This document shows, piece after piece, positions 23,624 through 33,388 of a stretch of 64,000 nt of DNA. The position numbers were made by a program, and so were the translations under genes. The notes beneath the pieces were generated by a model, which saw only the letters and a list, made by a program, of their open reading frames with translations, was not told the origin of the DNA and did not search any database. The DNA is taken from assembly GCF_055900595.2 (NCBI RefSeq), contig NZ_CM148325.1. One strand, given 5' to 3'. Numbering within the stretch: the stretch's first letter is position 1; every line of letters starts with the position of its first letter.

Positions 23624-24864
23624 TGAAAATAAAACAGGCCCTTTTTACCGCTGGCTACTCCTCATTCTATTTCGATGATCAGCAGGCGATAAAAAACGGA
23701 GCGGGTCACGACGGTTTTTTTTATACCGGGGAGCCAGTAACACAGGGGTTTAACGCCGTACGTCAGGCCGGGGAGTGCGTTTCGGTTCAGTTGATTCTGG
23801 AAAACGGTGCGGTCGCCGTAGGCGACTGTGCTGCCGTACAGTATTCCGGGGCAGGTGGTCGCGATCCACTGTTCCTCGCAGAGCACTTTATTCCGTTCCT
23901 CAACGACCATATCAAGCCATTACTGGTAGGCCGCGATGTGGATGCTTTCCTGCCGAATGCCCGTTTCTTCGACAAATTGCGTATTGACGGCAACTTGCTA
24001 CATACCGCCGTGCGCTACGGATTATCACAGGCGCTGCTTGATGCTACCGCGCTGGCAACCGGCCGTCTGAAAACTGAAGTGGTCTGTGATGAATGGCAGT
24101 TGCCACGCGTGGCGGAATCCATTCCATTATTTGGTCAGAGCGGCGACGATCGATATATCGCTGTCGATAAGATGATCCTTAAGGGCATCGACGTGCTGCC
24201 CCATGCGCTGATTAATAACGTCGAAGAGAAACTGGGCTTTAAAGGTGAAAAACTGCGCGAATATGTCCGCTGGCTGTCGGATCGCATTCTGAGCAAGCGC
24301 ACCAGCGCACGCTACCACCCTACCCTGCACATCGATGTATACGGCACTATTGGTCTGATCTTCGATATGGATCCGCTTCGCTGTGCGCAATACATCGCCA
24401 GTCTGGAAAAAGAGGCGCAAGGCCTGCCGCTCTACATTGAGGGGCCGGTCGATGCCGGTAACAAGCCCGATCAAATCCGCCTGCTGACCGCGATTACCAA
24501 AGAGCTGACGCGCCTCGGTTCCGGCGTGAAAATCGTGGCCGATGAATGGTGTAACACCTACCAGGATATTGTTGATTTCACTGATGCCGCCAGTTGCCAC
24601 ATGGTGCAAATCAAAACCCCGGATCTGGGCAGTATTCACAACATCGTCGATGCAGTTCTTTATTGCAACAGCCACAGCATGGAAGCGTACCAGGGCGGCA
24701 CCTGCAATGAAACTGATGTCAGTGCCCGCACCTGTGTCCACGTCGCCCTTGCTGCTCGCCCCATGCGTATGCTGGTAAAACCAGGGATGGGCTTTGACGA
24801 AGGCCTCGATATCGTCTTCAACGAAATGAATCGTACTATCGCGCTGTTGCAGGCTAAGGATTAA
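23623..24864 (+). CDS. mal: 3-methylaspartate ammonia-lyase (methylaspartase)
   Basis: 413 aa enolase-superfamily-like ORF; start overlaps the glmE stop (TAATG). Confidence 0.85.
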   Translation: MKIKQALFTAGYSSFYFDDQQAIKNGAGHDGFFYTGEPVTQGFNAVRQAGECVSVQLILENGAVAVGDCAAVQYSGAGGRDPLFLAEHFIPFLNDHIKPLLVGRDVDAFLPNARFFDKLRIDGNLLHTAVRYGLSQALLDATALATGRLKTEVVCDEWQLPRVAESIPLFGQSGDDRYIAVDKMILKGIDVLPHALINNVEEKLGFKGEKLREYVRWLSDRILSKRTSARYHPTLHIDVYGTIGLIFDMDPLRCAQYIASLEKEAQGLPLYIEGPVDAGNKPDQIRLLTAITKELTRLGSGVKIVADEWCNTYQDIVDFTDAASCHMVQIKTPDLGSIHNIVDAVLYCNSHSMEAYQGGTCNETDVSARTCVHVALAARPMRMLVKPGMGFDEGLDIVFNEMNRTIALLQAKD

Positions 24865-24867
24865 CAA

Positions 24868-26238
24868 ATGGCTCGTTCTTTTAAAGTCTTATCGCCAACG
24901 GCAATCCTCGGGTATGGATTCCCGGAAGAGAGCTTCCGCAAAGCGATGGCAGAATCGCCCGATCTGATCGCCGTTGATGCAGGCTCTTCCGATCCTGGCC
25001 CCCACTACCTCGGGGCGGGCAAACCGTTTACCGATCGCGCAGGGGTCAAGCGCGATCTACGCTATATGATCACCGCAGGCGTGCAAAATAATATACCGGT
25101 AGTGATCGGAACGGCCGGCGGTTCTGGTGCCGCTCCACACCTGGAGTGGTGCCGAGAAATAATTCATGAGATTGCCCGGGAAGAGCACCTCGCGTTCTCG
25201 ATGGCGCTGATCCCGGCAGACGTTGACAAAGCCATCGTCCACCAGGCGCTGGATAACGGCAAAATCACGGCGCTGGATTTTGTCCCGCCGTTAACCCACG
25301 ACGCGATTGACGAAAGTACGTATATCGTCGCGCAAATGGGCATCGAACCCTTCCAGCAGGCGCTGAAAGAAGGCGCGCAAGTGGTGCTGGGCGGGCGCGC
25401 TTACGACCCGGCCTGCTTTGCTGCGCTACCGATCATGCAAGGCTTTGATGAAGGTCTGGCGCTGCATTGTGGGAAAATCCTTGAATGCGCGGCAATCGCC
25501 GCAACGCCCGGCTCAGGCTCTGACTGTGCGATGGGCATCATTGATGACAACGGCTTTACGCTGAAGACATTTAATCCGAAGCGTAAATTTACCGAAACGT
25601 CAGCGGCTGCACACACACTGTATGAGAAATCCGATCCCTACTTTCTGCCAGGACCTGGCGGCGTGCTAAACCTGAAAGGTTGCACATTTAAAGCGATCAA
25701 TGATGGCGAAGTTTACGTCAGCGGTTCTAAGCATGAAGAAACGCCCTATGCCCTGAAACTGGAAGGTGCGCGGCGGGTGGGTTTCCGCTGTTTGACCATC
25801 GCCGGAACGCGCGACCCGATCATGATCGCCGGGATCGATAACATCATCGATGAAGTCAAAACCAGCGTTTCGCGTAATCTGTCCTTAGACGATGACAGCA
25901 TTCGCATCAATTTCCACCTGTACGGCAAAAACGGGGTGATGGGCGACCATGAACCGATGCAAACTGCCGGGCATGAGCTGGGGATTGTCCTTGATGTAGT
26001 TGCACCGACCCAGGATATTGCCAATAGCGTTTGCTCGCTGGTGCGCTCTACCATGCTGCACTACGGCTATGAAAACCGCATCGCTACCGCAGGCAACCTG
26101 GCGTTCCCGTTCTCCCCTTCTGATATCCAGGGCGGGCCGGTATACGAATTTTCCATATATCACCTGATTGAAGCCAACGACGCTCTGCGTTTTGATTTCC
26201 ATATTGAACAGGTGACGCCAGAAGGAGTTCAGGCATGA
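24868..26238 (+). CDS. uncharacterised protein, possibly DUF1446 (AtuA-like) family
   Basis: 456 aa ORF 3 nt after mal; the family assignment is from memory of the DUF1446/DUF4387 gene pairing and is unverified. Confidence 0.55.
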   Translation: MARSFKVLSPTAILGYGFPEESFRKAMAESPDLIAVDAGSSDPGPHYLGAGKPFTDRAGVKRDLRYMITAGVQNNIPVVIGTAGGSGAAPHLEWCREIIHEIAREEHLAFSMALIPADVDKAIVHQALDNGKITALDFVPPLTHDAIDESTYIVAQMGIEPFQQALKEGAQVVLGGRAYDPACFAALPIMQGFDEGLALHCGKILECAAIAATPGSGSDCAMGIIDDNGFTLKTFNPKRKFTETSAAAHTLYEKSDPYFLPGPGGVLNLKGCTFKAINDGEVYVSGSKHEETPYALKLEGARRVGFRCLTIAGTRDPIMIAGIDNIIDEVKTSVSRNLSLDDDSIRINFHLYGKNGVMGDHEPMQTAGHELGIVLDVVAPTQDIANSVCSLVRSTMLHYGYENRIATAGNLAFPFSPSDIQGGPVYEFSIYHLIEANDALRFDFHIEQVTPEGVQA

Positions 26239-26552
26239 AACAGTCAATTGTCTCACTGGCGCAAGTCATTCGTTCGAAAAATGCCGGACCTTACGAACTG
26301 GTTTTAGATATTTTATTTAAAACCAAAGAAAACTATGAGCGAGTAAAATCATCAGGGCAATTAACCCCAGAACTGATTGCGCGCTTATATCATGTTGAAC
26401 CTGACTTTATTCATCGTATTGTCTGGTTTGATCCTTCTAACGCAGTAAAAATTGTCATGCCACGAGATATTATCTCCGGGAATGTAGGTGACAATGATGT
26501 CTATGGCGCACAGCAACATGCACCTTTATTAAATATGAGTTTCGATTTGTAA
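26235..26552 (+). CDS. uncharacterised small protein, possibly DUF4387 family
   Basis: 105 aa ORF whose ATG overlaps the upstream stop (ATGA); contains an RSKNAGP-like segment I associate with DUF4387. Confidence 0.5.
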   Translation: MKQSIVSLAQVIRSKNAGPYELVLDILFKTKENYERVKSSGQLTPELIARLYHVEPDFIHRIVWFDPSNAVKIVMPRDIISGNVGDNDVYGAQQHAPLLNMSFDL

Positions 26553-26712
26553 AAATCCGAACACTTTTAGCCAACTGACATCCCGTCACTTATTGCAGCT
26601 CAACACTTCAGCTATTTGTAAGGTTGTTATAGCAGGTAGATGCCTGAATCTCTATTCAGGCATCCACTTCTCCTGATTCTGATTTATCGCCGTGCACCTG
26701 ATGGAGGAAAAA

Positions 26713-27993
26713 ATGAAGAAAATAAGTTTAACCACGATGATTCTTTTGGCGCTGGTACTTGGAATGATTATCGGCGTAGTGCTCAATAACACTGCTTCAC
26801 CGGAAACAGCAAAACTCTATGCGCAAGAAATATCGATATTCACGACGATTTTCTTACGACTGATAAAAATGATTATCGCTCCGTTAGTGGTCTCTACCCT
26901 GGTGGTAGGTATTGCTAAAATGGGCGATGCCAAAGCCCTTGGTCGTATTTTTTCTAAAACACTCTTTTTATTTATTTGCGCCTCATTGCTGTCAATTGCC
27001 TTAGGCTTGATAACGGTAAATTTCTTCATGCCAGGCACAGGAATTAATTTTGTTGCACACGGTGCCGAAACCACCGGAGTGGTCGCGTCAGAACCCTTTA
27101 CACTAAAAGTATTTATTTCGCATGCTTTCCCCACCAGCATTGTCGATGCCATGGCGCACAATGAAATTTTGCAAATCGTGGTGTTCTCAATTTTCCTCGG
27201 CTGTAGCCTGACGGCGATTGGTGAGAAAGGCAGCGCCATCGTTCACGCCTTAGATTCGCTGGCACATGCCATGTTAAAGCTCACTGGCTACGTCATGCTC
27301 TTCGCTCCCCTGACCGTATTCGCCGCTATTTCAGCATTGATTGCTGAACGAGGACTGGCAGTTATGGTGAGCGCCGGGATCTTTATGGGTGAATTTTATT
27401 TCACCATGTTATTACTTTGGGTGCTGCTTATCGGTCTGGCCATCGTTTATGTCGGCCCCTGCATCAGACGCCTGACCCGCGCCCTTTCTGAACCCGCCCT
27501 GCTGGCATTTACCACATCCAGTTCTGAAGCTGCTTTTCCGGGAACGCTTGAAAAACTGGAGCAATTTGGCGTTTCCCCCAAAATTGCCAGCTTTGTCTTA
27601 CCCATTGGCTACTCATTTAATCTCGTTGGATCAATGGCCTACTGCTCCTTCGCCACAGTTTTCATCGCCCAGGCCTGCAATATCCATTTATCCATCGGTG
27701 AGCAAATCACCATGCTGTTGATCCTGATGTTGACCTCGAAAGGAATGGCTGGCGTACCACGCGCCTCAATGGTGGTTATCGCCGCCACGCTCAACCAGTT
27801 CAATATTCCGGAAGCGGGGCTGATCTTGCTGATGGGCGTTGATCCGTTCCTTGATATGGGGCGTTCCGCGACAAACGTCATGAGCAACGCAATGGGCGCT
27901 GCGATGGTGAGTCGGTGGGAAGGCGAACATTTCGGCGAGGGTTGTCGGGGTAAAGCATTAAAACCCAATGAATCGAACGTTGCTCTGCCCTGA
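26713..27993 (+). CDS. dicarboxylate/amino acid:cation symporter (GltP-like)
   Basis: Start placed at MKKISLT with GGAGG 5 nt upstream; polytopic; conserved DAACS segments (IKMIIAPLVVSTLVVGIA, SSSEAAFP, PIGYSFNLVGS) resemble GltP. Confidence 0.8.
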   Translation: MKKISLTTMILLALVLGMIIGVVLNNTASPETAKLYAQEISIFTTIFLRLIKMIIAPLVVSTLVVGIAKMGDAKALGRIFSKTLFLFICASLLSIALGLITVNFFMPGTGINFVAHGAETTGVVASEPFTLKVFISHAFPTSIVDAMAHNEILQIVVFSIFLGCSLTAIGEKGSAIVHALDSLAHAMLKLTGYVMLFAPLTVFAAISALIAERGLAVMVSAGIFMGEFYFTMLLLWVLLIGLAIVYVGPCIRRLTRALSEPALLAFTTSSSEAAFPGTLEKLEQFGVSPKIASFVLPIGYSFNLVGSMAYCSFATVFIAQACNIHLSIGEQITMLLILMLTSKGMAGVPRASMVVIAATLNQFNIPEAGLILLMGVDPFLDMGRSATNVMSNAMGAAMVSRWEGEHFGEGCRGKALKPNESNVALP

Positions 27994-28100
27994 GGGGGAT
28001 CTTAAGAAATCAGAAGCCAATGACTACGCATTTTTATAAGCCGGATCATGAAGTTAGACGGCAATTAAGTAACACTAACGTTTAAGGTGAAAAGTGAAAT

Positions 28101-29753
28101 ATGTCCAAACCATTTATCTGGCAAGAACCGTTTCTACAAAATAAAGACGGTACAGAATATACATTAATTAGCGATCAACATATTACAGTAACGGAATTAG
28201 ACGGCGAAGAAGTAATAAAAATCGCTCCTGAAGCATTAACGCTGCTTGCCCGGCAGGCATTTTATGAAGCCTCTTTTTTCTTACGTTCCGCTCATTTGCA
28301 ACAGGTCGCCAGCATTCTTAACGATCCGCAGGCCAGCAGTAATGATAAATACGTTGCGTTGCAGTTATTACGTAATGCTGAAGTCTCAGCAAAAGGGGTA
28401 TTACCCAACTGTCAGGATACCGGCACCGCAACTATTGTTGCCAGTAAAGGGCAACAGATATGGACGGGAGGTAACGACGCTGAAGCCTTAAGCAAAGGCA
28501 TTTACAGTACTTTCCAGGAAAATAATCTGCGCTTTTCACAAAATGCGCCGCTGGATATGTATACCGAAGTCAATACGCAAACCAATCTTCCGGCGCAGAT
28601 TGATATCAGCGCTGTCGCTGGTAATGAGTACCATTTTCTCTGTGTTAATAAAGGGGGCGGCTCCGCCAATAAAGCTGCACTTTATCAGGAAACCAAATCC
28701 TTATTGCAACCAGAAAAACTGACCGCATTTTTAATCGACAAAATGAAATCGTTGGGCACGGCCGCCTGCCCGCCCTACCACATCGCCTTTGTCGTCGGAG
28801 GGCTTTCAGCCGATCAAACCTTAAAAGTTGCCAAGCTGGCCTCTACGAAATATTACGACAATTTGCCCACCAGCGGAAACGAGCAGGGACAAGCATTCCG
28901 TGATATTGAGCTGGAAAAAGCGTTGCTCGAAGCCAGTCAGCAATTTGGTATTGGTGCGCAATTTGGGGGTAAATATTTCGCTCATGATATTCGCGTCATT
29001 CGTCTGCCGCGTCACGGTGGCTCCTGCCCGATAGCTATGGCGCTCTCCTGTTCTGCCGATCGCAATATCAAAGCCAAAATTAACAAGCACGGTATCTGGC
29101 TGGAAAAACTCGAACACAATCCGGGGCAATATATTCCAGCCTCATTGCGGGAAGAAAATCACTCGCTACATGTACACCTGGATCTAAACCGTCCGTTGCG
29201 TGACGTGATGCAGGATCTCGCCAGATTACCGGTAGGTACCCGCGTGTCGTTAAGTGGTCCCATCGTAGTGGCGCGCGATATCGCCCACGCAAAAATAAAA
29301 GCGCGGCTGGATAGCGGCGAATCGATGCCGGATTACCTGAAGCATCATATTGTCTATTACGCTGGCCCGGCGAAAACACCGGAGAACATGGCCTGCGGTT
29401 CACTGGGTCCAACCACGGGCGGTCGAATGGACGGTTATGTCGAAACCTTCCAGGCGGCTGGCGGCAGTCTGGTAATGTTATCGAAAGGTAACCGCAGCCA
29501 GCAGGTCACCGATGCCTGTCACAAACATGGCGGCTTCAATCTGGGAAGTATTGGCGGTGCAGCTGCGTTACTGGCGCAAGAATATGTCAAAAGTCTGCGT
29601 TGCCTGGAATACCCGGAGCTGGGTATGGAGGCGGTGTGGATGATGGAAGTGGAAAATCTGCCCGCATTCATCCTGGTTGATGATAAAGGCAATAATTTCT
29701 TTAGCCAGTTTGAGCAGCAACACCGCTGCGCCAGTTGCCCTGCGGGACATTAA
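28101..29753 (+). CDS. fumD: class I fumarate hydratase paralog, probable mesaconase
   Basis: 550 aa ORF alignable along its length to remembered E. coli FumA ([34 protein letters not shown]); the fumD name follows a published O157:H7 mesaconase description, recalled from memory. Confidence 0.8.
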   Translation: MSKPFIWQEPFLQNKDGTEYTLISDQHITVTELDGEEVIKIAPEALTLLARQAFYEASFFLRSAHLQQVASILNDPQASSNDKYVALQLLRNAEVSAKGVLPNCQDTGTATIVASKGQQIWTGGNDAEALSKGIYSTFQENNLRFSQNAPLDMYTEVNTQTNLPAQIDISAVAGNEYHFLCVNKGGGSANKAALYQETKSLLQPEKLTAFLIDKMKSLGTAACPPYHIAFVVGGLSADQTLKVAKLASTKYYDNLPTSGNEQGQAFRDIELEKALLEASQQFGIGAQFGGKYFAHDIRVIRLPRHGGSCPIAMALSCSADRNIKAKINKHGIWLEKLEHNPGQYIPASLREENHSLHVHLDLNRPLRDVMQDLARLPVGTRVSLSGPIVVARDIAHAKIKARLDSGESMPDYLKHHIVYYAGPAKTPENMACGSLGPTTGGRMDGYVETFQAAGGSLVMLSKGNRSQQVTDACHKHGGFNLGSIGGAAALLAQEYVKSLRCLEYPELGMEAVWMMEVENLPAFILVDDKGNNFFSQFEQQHRCASCPAGH

Positions 29754-29762
29754 GGAAAATGA

Positions 29763-30365
29763 ATGGAAGCGCGAATTTCAACTGAACGGCATGTGCAGCG
29801 CCAGCAGAAATTGAAGGAACAGGTCGATACGCGCGTCGCGGCGGCGATAGAGAAAAAAGGGATCTTGATTGTTTTCACCGGCAACGGCAAAGGGAAATCC
29901 ACTGCCGCGTTTGGTACTGTAACGCGCGCGGTGGGCCATGGCAAAACGGTGGGGGTTGCGCAGTACATCAAGGGGCAATGGGACAACGGCGAATACAATC
30001 TTCTCCAGCCGCTGGGAGTGGAGTTTCATATTATGGGAACCGGTTTTACCTGGGAGACACAGAACCGGCAAGCGGATATCGATGCGGCGAAAGAGGTCTG
30101 GTCGGAAAGCAAACGGATGCTGGCTGACAAGCGTTACGACTTAGTGGTGCTTGATGAGCTCACCTATATGCTGGCTTACCATTATCTGGATACAGAAGAA
30201 GTGATCACTTCTCTGCAAAACCGTCCGGCACAACAAAGTGTCATTGTCACCGGACGCGGTTGCCACAGTCAGATATTAAAAATGGCGGATACGGTAAGTG
30301 AAATCCGCCCCGTCAAACATGCTTTTGATAACGGCATTCAGGCCCAGCCGGGGATCGACTGGTAA
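29763..30365 (+). CDS. cob(I)yrinic acid a,c-diamide / cobalamin adenosyltransferase (BtuR/CobA-like)
   Basis: 200 aa ORF with GILIVFTGNGKGKSTAAFG P-loop and overall similarity to remembered E. coli BtuR; a paralog located in the B12-dependent operon. Confidence 0.85.
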   Translation: MEARISTERHVQRQQKLKEQVDTRVAAAIEKKGILIVFTGNGKGKSTAAFGTVTRAVGHGKTVGVAQYIKGQWDNGEYNLLQPLGVEFHIMGTGFTWETQNRQADIDAAKEVWSESKRMLADKRYDLVVLDELTYMLAYHYLDTEEVITSLQNRPAQQSVIVTGRGCHSQILKMADTVSEIRPVKHAFDNGIQAQPGIDW

Positions 30366-30368
30366 TAA

Positions 30369-30396
30369 CTGCGCCTGGCATCCCGCCAGGCGCAGG
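30369..30396. terminator. bidirectional hairpin between the BtuR-like gene and the convergent LysR gene
   Basis: ctgcgcctggc-atccc-gccaggcgcag perfect inverted repeat followed by gtttt; occupies the 33 bp gap between the two stop codons. Confidence 0.55.
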
Positions 30397-30398
30397 TT

Positions 30399-31304
30399 TT
30401 ACATCTCCTGCGGTACGACCGATTTCGCCAGCAACCATTCACGAAATTGCTGCAAGTGCGGAGAGTCAGACTTCTCTTCCTGCCACGTCATAATAAAACG
30501 ATTACCGGTACGAATAGGCACATCACAGGGAATCACCATATCGCCACTATCCAAATCATGTTGAATAGCGAACCGTGGTAACAGCGCCACGCCGAGATTA
30601 GAGCGCACGGCGGCAATCAGCATTGAAAGCAAATCGAAACGTGGTCCGTTATTGACCAGCGGACTGCTAACGCCAGATAAAGCAAACCACTCTTCCCAGC
30701 CAGTAATACGGGTGCTTTGATGCAGAAGTGGTAACTCAGTAAGCAGTTCTGCCACTGACAGTTTTTGATCGGACATTGCAAGCAAACTGCCGCTGCATAC
30801 CGGCAAAATCTCCTCTTCAAAGAGATATTCTACTTCCGCCCAGGGCGCGCAAAAATTTTCGCGCATAATGACAGCATCGTACTCCCGATTAAGAAAATCG
30901 CCGTTATTAGCTAAAGAATGAATATTAACAATAATATCGGGATGTAACTTTGTGAATTCATGTAAATTTGGGATTAACCAGTGGGTACTAAAAGTAGGAT
31001 TAACGGCAAGTTCAATAACCTGAACCGTAGGCTGCCATGTCATAATCGTATTGGTATCGCGCTCCAGCTTATTTAATGTTTCTTTTACTATCCCCAGGTA
31101 ATACTTCCCTGCATCATTAAGAAAAATGCGTTTTTTAGAGTGTGAAAATAACGGAGTATGTAAAAATTCCTCCAGCGCACTTACTTGTCTGAATACAGCA
31201 CTTTGGGTTAACGCTAACTCCTCTGCCGCTCTGGTATAACTTTCATGTCGTGCGACGACCTCAAAAGTCACCAGCAGCTCCGTTTTAGGTATTTTTCCTC
31301 GCAT
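30399..31304 (-). CDS. LysR-family transcriptional regulator
   Basis: N-terminal HTH (FEVVARHESYTRAAEELALTQSAVFRQVSALEE) and LysR substrate-binding body; start placed at MRGKIPK (ORF track starts 10 codons earlier). Confidence 0.8.
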   Translation of the reverse strand: MRGKIPKTELLVTFEVVARHESYTRAAEELALTQSAVFRQVSALEEFLHTPLFSHSKKRIFLNDAGKYYLGIVKETLNKLERDTNTIMTWQPTVQVIELAVNPTFSTHWLIPNLHEFTKLHPDIIVNIHSLANNGDFLNREYDAVIMRENFCAPWAEVEYLFEEEILPVCSGSLLAMSDQKLSVAELLTELPLLHQSTRITGWEEWFALSGVSSPLVNNGPRFDLLSMLIAAVRSNLGVALLPRFAIQHDLDSGDMVIPCDVPIRTGNRFIMTWQEEKSDSPHLQQFREWLLAKSVVPQEM

Positions 31305-31893
31305 AATGCCGTCCGTGAAAAAATAACAATTCAAAAATTATTTTATAAAAAACAGTAGCACTAATGAATATCATAATTCAAATAAACAAACCAGTCAGCT
31401 ATATGTCTAACCAGGAAAATAAAGTGACAATAATCCTAAAACAGGAATTTCACCTCAGTTATCCGCATGCAATACTTTAAAGCTATTATTGCAAGAATAT
31501 TATTCATATACATGAATATACTCTAAATAAGTCAAGTTGCAGGAAGGGAACAAATAATGAATATCCAGAAGCTTACATAAGTAAGTGACCTGGGTGAGCG
31601 AACATCGATGCAGCACATGCAACTTGAATTATGACAAGTATACAATGATAAATTTATATACCCTATGTTATATATTATCTATGTCCGGTTAAATTGAATG
31701 AGTCATAGCCTTAAAAGACTTCACAAAAGATAATTCCTCTTTAACAATAAGCCAGATTTACCACTTGTAAAACTTGCTATCGCTGCATACACTACGCGCG
31801 TTTTCTTTCCCTTTTGCTGGCTGCTGACCGGAAAGACAAAATTACCCTCGCAATACAGGGGGTTGATTAACGTCTATATTTCAGGACAGCGTT

Positions 31894-33291
31894 ATGCATC
31901 ATCTTTCAAGGCTTGATAAAGCCTTTCTGCGCAAAGGGATCCAACTTTCCCGCGCCAACAATATTGTTTCATTATGTCGTCCATCAGGAGCCAGTGCCCG
32001 CGTACTGCTGCCGGACGAACTGCCGCTGGAAGAAAAAGCAGTGACACAACTGCTTGATTTTGCAGATGTGAAGCTACCAGACCACCCAGGTTATGTGCGC
32101 CAGACGTGCGCGACGCCAGATTTTCATCCCGGCAATGGCGTCCCCGTTGGCGCGGTGGTGGCCTCAACGCCGGATTTAGTCATTCCCGCCGCCATCGGCA
32201 CCGATATTTCTTGTGGCATGCGGCTGCTGACGACCGGATTAACACTTGAGCAAGCCGAAGCGCATAAAGACGTCATCGCTCAGCGGTTAACGCAAGTGCT
32301 ACTGCAAAATGAGCGCGATGTTCCGTTATCCGCACAGGCGTTCACCGCGCTTTTTGATGGCGGACCGGCAGATTGCATGTCGGCCTTGCCATCAGCAGGT
32401 CTCTGGACACGTACAAATATCCCCCGGATGACGCAAGAGATTGACCGCTGCATTGGGCTTAAAGAGCATAACAGTCATTCGCGTTATGCCCCACCCGCCC
32501 TGCTGGCAACGGACCGCGCATTACTCCGCGATCCTTGTCTTGGTACGCCGGGTTCAGGTAATCATTTTATTGAACTTCAGGTCGTTGATAACGTGGTTGA
32601 TCGCCATGTGGCCTGGCAACAAGGGCTGAAAACAGGCGATATTGTGGTGATGATCCACAGTGGATCACGAGATGTTGGCTTTTACGTCGGAAGACGCTGG
32701 ATGGATCGCGCCCGTGCTGAATGGCCCACCGGACATAAACATCCACAAAGCGGGTTATATGGTCTGGCAGGCGGACTGGCGGAGGAATATCTACAAGCGA
32801 TAGGAATGGCGGCGCGTTACGCGTGGTTAAATCGCGTGACAATTGCCGAAATGGTGCGCGTATGTCTTGCCAATCTCTTTCATCAGGACAATTCGCATCT
32901 GGTGGTGGATGTGCCACATAACATCATCCTTCGCGAGCATGAAATGAATATTCATCGCAAAGGCGCAACACCGGCACGAGTGGGCAATCTGGCGTTAATC
33001 CCCGGTTCAATGGGCGATTATTCGTGGCTTGCGGTTGGTTGCGGCAACCCGGAGTGGCTGTGGTCATGCAGTCACGGAGCAGGACGCAGCCAGCGTCGGC
33101 AGGCCATGCGCTCACGCGCGACTGAAGAGTCAACGCTGCCGTGGCAATGCGTCACATTGCGCGAAGAACGACGTCTTGAAGAAGCGCCAGCGGCTTATAA
33201 AGATATTGGTCCGGTTATCGAAGCTCAACAAGAAGCCGGATTAATTCAGCCAGCGGTCAGATTTCGACCGTGGTTAACGTTTAAAGCATAA
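31894..33291 (+). CDS. RtcB-family RNA ligase paralog
   Basis: 465 aa ORF with RtcB hallmarks (GTDISCGMRLL, GSGNHFIELQ, HSGSRDVG, CSHGAGRS); N-terminus longer than remembered E. coli RtcB, so the start is uncertain. Confidence 0.75.
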   Translation: MHHLSRLDKAFLRKGIQLSRANNIVSLCRPSGASARVLLPDELPLEEKAVTQLLDFADVKLPDHPGYVRQTCATPDFHPGNGVPVGAVVASTPDLVIPAAIGTDISCGMRLLTTGLTLEQAEAHKDVIAQRLTQVLLQNERDVPLSAQAFTALFDGGPADCMSALPSAGLWTRTNIPRMTQEIDRCIGLKEHNSHSRYAPPALLATDRALLRDPCLGTPGSGNHFIELQVVDNVVDRHVAWQQGLKTGDIVVMIHSGSRDVGFYVGRRWMDRARAEWPTGHKHPQSGLYGLAGGLAEEYLQAIGMAARYAWLNRVTIAEMVRVCLANLFHQDNSHLVVDVPHNIILREHEMNIHRKGATPARVGNLALIPGSMGDYSWLAVGCGNPEWLWSCSHGAGRSQRRQAMRSRATEESTLPWQCVTLREERRLEEAPAAYKDIGPVIEAQQEAGLIQPAVRFRPWLTFKA

Positions 33292-33388
33292 AAAAGGCCA
33301 TCATACGATGGCCAACCATGTCGAAACCGACAGCCCTTCGCCATTCCTGTAGAGGGAAGCGGCGAGGGCTATTTCTTATTACAGATAT
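33292..33388 (-). ncRNA. sdhX: candidate SdhX sRNA (sucD 3'UTR plus terminator)
   Basis: About 75 nt 3'UTR after the sucD stop ending in a ggccatcgtatgatggcc hairpin plus U-tract on the minus strand; SdhX is known to derive from the sucD 3'UTR, but I cannot verify the sequence from memory. Confidence 0.4.

Noticed and set aside
18333-33291. Possibility that the insert is a prophage or integrative element
   Set aside because: No integrase, transposase, phage structural gene, flanking direct repeat or adjacent tRNA was found; the content is metabolic, so it is better described as a metabolic island of unknown mobilisation history.
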